Of a stretch of DNA of 64,000 bases, positions 56,438-64,000 are shown piece after piece (within the stretch, counting starts at the first letter, position 1; each line of letters starts with the position of its first letter). The notes beneath the pieces are model-generated. The model saw only the letters and a list, made by a program, of their open reading frames with translations, did no database searches and had not been told where the DNA came from. This stretch comes from Amoebidium appalachense (Eukaryota; Protista; Ichthyosporea): the NCBI GenBank assembly GCA_963693365.1, contig CAVNZM010000009.1, forward strand, positions 6,478,171 to 6,542,170, read 5' to 3'. A program made the position numbers and the translations under genes.

Positions 56438-57681
56438 GCTCTCTCTCTCTCTCTCTCTCTCAAGCACACACACACACACACTCTCTCTCTCTATCTCTAT
56501 CTCTCCCTCTCCCTCTCCCTCTCCCTCTCCCTCTCCCTCTCCCTCTCCCTCTCCCTCTCCCTCTCCCTGTCTCTCTCCCTGGCTCTCTCCCTCTCCCCCC
56601 CCCCCCCCCCTCTCTCTCTCTCTCTCTCGGACGCGCTCCCTTTTTTGCTCCCCCCCCCCCCTCCCCAATCCCCATCCCCTGAAACCTCCCAGCCAACCAC
56701 CGAAAATCTGCATCTTTCATATGGACCGTAAACGAACAAAGGTTTTTTTATGTTTTACTAATTGGGGTTACACCACCAGTAACGACAACCACCTTTCGCT
56801 TCACAAAAGCTTGTCAGTAAGCCCCCCCCCCCCCCCCCCCCCCCCCCCTCCCTCTATCCCCCTCCCCCCCCCCCCCTCCCCCCTGGGGCGTTTTCGAAGC
56901 TCTGGCTACTGCTTTTTCTACACACACCCCCTCCCCCCTCACCAGGAAAAAAGCAACCCCCTCTTCCCCCCCCCCCGTGGGATCCAAAAAAATCAATCCA
57001 CACATCCTGTCTCATTGCTGGGTAGCCTGTACAATATGTTTATGGTCATGCATAGTATGCATAGTATGTGGCTGCAAGTGGCCAGCACCGTCCATTGTCA
57101 TAAATATCACAATGAGGACATTTGAAATTTCATGCAAATGAAGAAGATGTTATAGACCATTTCCAGAGTACCGGTGAAATTTTTAATTAAAAAAAAAAAA
57201 AAAGAAAGAAAAGACTGATCGATGAGCCATTATGATCTCTGCAAATTCTTGTGGTTGCCAGTTTGCGGCGTAGGAAATCAATCATCCATCAGGCGGAAAC
57301 CTTCAGCTGAGCCGGTTCTCTGTTGGGCAGAAACGTTTGTCAAATCAAGAACATGAGTTATTAGTTTATCTGTGTGTTTGTTGTGCTAATATTATTATTG
57401 CAATTGCTCCCCCCCAGCCCCCCCCCCCCCCCCCCTCTCTCCCCCTCACCCACACACCCTCCTCCCTTCCAACCCTTTCCCATACTTCCAAAAACTTAAA
57501 AATCAGTAGAAGGAGTGGCTGTAGCAACCAAACACATGTTCTGACTAGAGAGCTACGGATGAAAACAATACTAAGTCTTTATACTCGGAGGCATATGCAA
57601 AAATATTCTTACTTTCAGAGGTATGTGCATAGATTGCTTCTATTAGTCGACATTTATGCAAAAATTATTACTAGTGAAGAT

Positions 57682-58713
57682 CTATGCAAAATTTCCAGTG
57701 GCTAGTCGTTTGCTGTTTGTAGTTGGGTCAAGAGCTATTTAGAGGGAGAGAGGACCGGGCTGGCAGAGGGGAGCATGTTTATGTGTGTGTGTGTGGTGGT
57801 GGTGGTGGTGGTGGGGGGGGGGGGGGGGGGGGGGGGGGAGTGGGGAGGGGGCCGGGGAGGGGGGGGGGGATATGGGGGGGTCCGTACCATGAAATGAGCA
57901 TACAAACCCCCCCCACACAATCGCTCGGGCCAATACATCGCCCGGATCTCTCAACTCTTCCCAACACCCAGACACACACAGCTCCCCTGTACCTCTCAGA
58001 TGCAGTTCGTGCGAGGCTCCCTCACAATCCTCCACAACATCCGGTTCCACCACAAAAACGCGATAAACCCCGCGCTCCTTGAAAATTGCAAACTCAAAAT
58101 TTATGTTCTCGATCCGCTGCCGCACGTACCACGTCTCCCCAACCCCATGCACCATGCGTGTCTCGTTGACCCATTTGGGTGCGGCCCAAACCATAGGAGA
58201 GATTTTCACCGTCGAATTCCCTCCGGTTTGCACGATTACAGGGACCCCACTTTCCTTTGCTTCTTTAATCGCGTTAAAGACGCTCGATGACTGCTTCTCC
58301 CTTTCTGTGGCCCAGACTTTTGTGTTGTCGATTTTCTTTGTGGAATTCCCCCCTAGAGGCACGATCATCTCACCGGTTCCATTTTTCGCTGCTTTCAGGC
58401 GGCTGAAAATGTTGCTGCTGGATGGGACGGGGTTTTTGTTGTCACCGGGGGGAATTTGCTGAGTTTTGGCCTCCTTGATCCGATCTAGGGTGCCGGTGGC
58501 CCAGGGGATGAAAGGGTCGATGACCATGGTTGACCTTGTAGATCCCCCCTAGGTGTGGGTATTTCGCGTAAGTGAGTCTATTGCATAACACCATTACTAT
58601 TACGCTGGTGGTGAATTAAGAAGTTGCTGTAATCAGGTGACGGGTGATGTGCAGAAGAGGATGGAGAAATGTGAGTGGTCGGTAGGTGGGTGCAAGTTTG
58701 TGTGCGTGTAAGA

Positions 58714-58761
<48 letters not shown>

Positions 58762-58775
58762 GTGGTGGTGTGTGT

Positions 58776-58820
<45 letters not shown>

Positions 58821-59050
58821 GAAGGGGGCTGGGGTTTCTGGGTTTTTTTTTCAAAAAAATTATGAGGAGGGGGGGGGGGGGGGGGGTATGGTTGACTGGG
58901 GGGAAGAGGGGGTGGGGGGGGGGGGGGGGAAGGTATGCAGTTTTACTCACCACAGGAACCACGGGTGTTGCTGATCTCTGGCCCCCAGCAGCCATGATGC
59001 GGTAAAGGGGGGTAGAGGGGCAACGGCGGAGGGCAGAGAGTGGACGGTGG
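57682..59050 (-). CDS. Protein with three tandem Trp-Ala-ending repeats fused to a prokaryote-type E2/UBC-like domain (5' end uncertain)
   Basis: Exons 59050-58951, 58548-57888 and 57734-57682 are GT-AG and phase-consistent. C-terminal domain WYVRQRIENINFEFAIFKERGVYRVFVVEPDV...SHELHLRGTGELCV...DVLARAIVWGGF...LATGNFA*, with candidate catalytic Cys codon at 57976-57978. Coding status is well supported. The E2-like call is from motif recall. Confidence 0.7.
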
Positions 59051-59466
59051 CTTGCAGTGCAACAGAAGTAAGTAAGGCGGAGCGTTCGAATTGATAAGCC
59101 TCCCCCCCCCCCTTCCTCCTCCCCCCCCCCCCCCCCCCTCTCTCCTTTCCCTCCTCCCCCCTCCCCCCCTCCCCGCCCCTCCCCCCCCCTCCCCCCCCCC
59201 CCCCCCCCCCCATCATAAAAATAAAAATGAAAAGTACACAAGTTGCCTCAACCCCTGTCCACACGCACCCGACTAACAATGATTCATGTAAACACATCTT
59301 TCCTCCCGGGCACAAGCATCACTACATTTGTGTGCTTATATACAGGGGGTAAAGAGATACATCGAAATGTTTTGTTTGCAGATCTAGAGCAGTATAATGA
59401 GGGGCGGGTGAGCTGGGTGTGTGTGTGTGCGCGCGCAGGGAGGGGGAAAGGGGGGGAGGGAGGGGG

Positions 59467-59497
<31 letters not shown>

Positions 59498-59659
59498 AAT
59501 GGCCGAGCTCGAGGGAGGAAGAGAATTAGTATGTTACATAACAAATTAACCCAGACAGGACAAACCTGGACACAGCCTAGGTGGAAAGGGAATTCCAAGA
59601 CTAGAAGTACCGGAAATTAAACGTGAAAAAACGACACATTGCTCTGGCAGTGCACTCAC

Positions 59660-60522
59660 CCTCCGAGTTTTTCCACAGGCACCGCTGTAGGTGTGCAATG
59701 ACGTCACCCCAGGCGAGCTCCCCCTTGCACGACAAACACTGCACGCACTGGTTCAATAGCTGCCGCACAAACACCTCGTTGACAACCATGCGTAGATCCG
59801 AATCTGTGATTGGCTCGTTGCACTCTGCGCACGTGGTGTTGGGCTGGGCACATGTGGTGCACGTGATTGCGTCGCAGCGTTCCGTCGTGTGAATGACAGG
59901 ACGGAAGAGAAGGAGCTTGCAGGCTGAGCACTTGAAACGGGAGGGGATGGGGTGGGAGGATGTCTCCCGTGTGTGCTCCTGTGTGCGGAACACATCAGAG
60001 CTCCGGTTTGCTGCAATTATTTCATGATCATGTGTGTAGGCTTGAATACTAAGATGGTTACAGTTATAATCAGTATGGCTAACTGCTTTTGTGATACATG
60101 TAGTAACCCTCAGAAAATATTTCTATCACAAACACTTTTAGAGGCTCATTAAGGTACCTTAAGCAGGGGGATTTCATCTCGTTGTAGCGGCAATGTTTTG
60201 ATGTCACCACATAGGCATGCATAATATCATAACTTACAAAGTACAGAAATGTCATACTTTGCTAATAATATTGTTTTCTGCATGCACCATGGCCAAGAAC
60301 AACCCCCTCTGCATGCAGAAACCACACTTAAAATTATTTCTTTCTTTCTTTCTTTCTTTTTTTTTCCTTCTTTTTTTTTTTTCAATAACCAGCTGCAGGG
60401 TGGGGATGGTCAAGACATACCCTAGGCTCCAGCATGTGTGACACTTTCTCTTCCAAAATCACGGTCTCTTCCGAAGATCTAGACCCTCGTTTCAAGCTAC
60501 TCCTACTCCTCCTCCTTACTAC
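59660..60522 (-). CDS. RING-like plus C2HC (TRAF/SIAH-type) zinc-finger exons; partial gene model
   Basis: Exon 59978-59660 (cag|...G|gtgagt) encodes CSAC-x14-CDAITCTTC-x6-CAEC (RING with His replaced by Ala) then CLSC...HLQRC. An open 102-nt phase-0 exon 60522-60421 lies upstream. It may end in exon 59383-59322 or splice into the E2-like exons. Confidence 0.7.
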
Positions 60523-62599
60523 CTATTGTGTGCGCACACTCAACACACGTGCTTATGTGTGGCACTGTCACCTGCTACTGTAACAGTATGATGTGGCAGA
60601 GTACGCATAAGTGGTGGATTTATTAAAGGGCAGCTGGCATTTATAGCTCAGGAGCCGTGTTCGGATCATGAATACTATGATATTGTGCACGTGATGATAA
60701 TCGATATAGGCTACGTAAGGACATGTCACTTCGCACTAACTAGCACTCCCCCCCCTGCCCCCCCCCCCCCCCCCCCCCCCCCACCCCCCTCTCCCCTCTC
60801 GCCCCCCTCCCCCCCTCCCCCCCCCCCCTCCCCCCCCTCTCCCCCCCATGACAACTATATTATAAAAATACTAATCAGCTGGCATGGTGCTAAACAATCC
60901 TTGTCCGAGTCATTTTTACCGGTCCCCGGCACTACCAAACATGGGTACATAAGCTGTGGTTTTTGACATTTTGACGCTTTCTGTTGCATAGCCGGCAAGT
61001 CAAACACGAACAAATTCGGTACGAAGTCTTTCTCCCACAACATCAAAATCCGATGATGATACGTAGCACTTCATCATAAAAGCACTAGCACTTACACAGA
61101 AAATAAATAAATAAAATTCATCGTGCTCGTGCTCGTTTTTACCAGGCACAACCTTATTATACAATGCACAAATCAGGCAGCTAATACTATAAGTCCAGAA
61201 AATCAAACCCCCCCTGGCCAGTTGCAGAACATATTCATGCATACAGGATGGGTGGACATGTACAAGACGAAAGACGTCGACAGGGTGACCGTGGCAAAAG
61301 GGGTGCACAGAAAAAAAACATGGGGAACATGTACACGTATGTTACTGGTGCTGGTTCGACGGGCGGGGAAACAAGAAATGGCTCAGGCGGTTCGGAACAA
61401 GTAGGTTCTCCTTTGCAATATACTTAGAGGTTGGAAGTGTGACTCGCCGTGCAAACGTGTTGGAAGTGTGCGTGCCATATGCATGCAAACGTGTGTGTGA
61501 ATCATGGCTTAATTAAATGTGTTTTTTGTTTGTGTTTGTTTTGCTCTTCTGTGCGCACTTTGAGTCCAGAAATAACTTGCTCATGATAATTAAACTTGAA
61601 AACTTCATTTACTAAGCTACTCTGATTAATGTTCTCATCCATTTGCTGATGTTTTTCTCAGTAAGTTATAAGTTGGGTTTTCCCTTTATTCATCTTTCCC
61701 CCCTACTCTCCCCCCCCCCCCCTCCCCTCCCCCCCCCCCACCCCAGTCCGCCCCTCTACACACACACATAGGTATACCGTACATCGACTGATATGAGACT
61801 ATGAGAGCGGATTAAACATGTACAGTACACGCTCACGTGTTAATGTTGGGTGGGGGAAGAGGGACGGATGGTGATATTTCCAACGGGTGTGTGTTGTTGG
61901 GATGGACAAGGGGGCCAGAGAGGTGGGGAGGGCCGGGGGGTGGGGGGGAGAGGGGAGGGGGGAGGGGAAGGGGAGAGGGGGAAAGGGTGTCGGGGGGAGG
62001 GGGGGGGGGGAGGGGGGGGGTGGGAGGGGGGGTGGGAGGGGGGAGGGGGAAGGGGAGGGTAAAGTATAGATTTCTGGTCTTTTCCGAAAACCAAATCCTC
62101 TCCACACAAATCATCAACCCCCTCCCCCCCCCTCCCCCCCCCCCCCCCACCTCCAAACCCCCCCCCCCCCCCCCCCACCTGCCCTGATACATTCACACCT
62201 CCTTCAACCACCACCACCATCACCACACCACCCTCTGTAGCAGGTTAGCTTGGTGCTAACCCCCTCCCTCCCCCCATCCCTTCCCGCCTTCCCCATATAT
62301 TCCCCCCCCCCCCCCCCTCCCTTCCTCCCTTCTCCCCCCCCCCCCCCCCCCCACAAAAAAAAAAAATCTTACACACTCAAAAATTAAAATTCTTTCTTTT
62401 TTACTTTTTATTGAAAAGAGAGAGAGAGAGTGAGAGAGCGAGAGAGCGAGAGAAAGAGAGAGAGAACGAAACACCATGCCCAATCGAGCCAAGAATCTAC
62501 ATCCCGCCGTTTACAATATCCCGCCGTTTACAATATGTTACTGCTTCCTAACATGAGCAAATATTCCTTCTTACTAATATGAATATCAAACCCAAACAG

Positions 62600-64000
<1,401 letters not shown>

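Noticed and set aside
57250-57993. Intron at AGA G|gtacag (57993) leading to an exon with TGA at the E2 Cys position (selenocysteine idea)
   Set aside because: Reading straight through gives HLRGTGELC with a real Cys and a sensible following helix, so neither an intron nor recoding is needed.
61771-61830. Candidate extra JAB exon after cacatag (61771)
   Set aside because: Stop codons occur in all three frames shortly after the acceptor.

Overview
Eukaryotic, intron-rich genomic DNA saturated with poly-G/poly-C tracts and (CA)/(GT)/(CT)/(GCAC) microsatellites. The gene set suggests a unicellular holozoan/opisthokont (inference). Most ORF-track entries are translations of repeats. Reading splice sites by hand gives, in order: a MITE-like element; a 21-exon m-AAA protease AFG3L2 (+, 3279-21327) whose introns hold about 10 co-oriented copies of a poly-C-bounded repeat; an F-box gene (-); a 14-exon RSAD1/HemW (+); three intronless genes (carnosine-synthase-like ATP-grasp ligase, TMEM254-like, GLUT-type sugar porter); and a 2-exon phospholipase A2-like gene. 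The most interesting locus is the last 6.3 kb, a divergent cluster resembling a bacterial ubiquitin-like conjugation module that has acquired spliceosomal introns. Its minus strand carries a RING/zinc-finger exon, then three tandem ~35-aa repeats each ending in Trp-Ala, fused to a prokaryote-type E2-like domain (HxxHL-x6-C). Its plus strand carries a bacterial-type JAB/JAMM protease (E...HSH-x7-S-x2-D) that runs off the window end. All family assignments come from motif recognition, not database searches.
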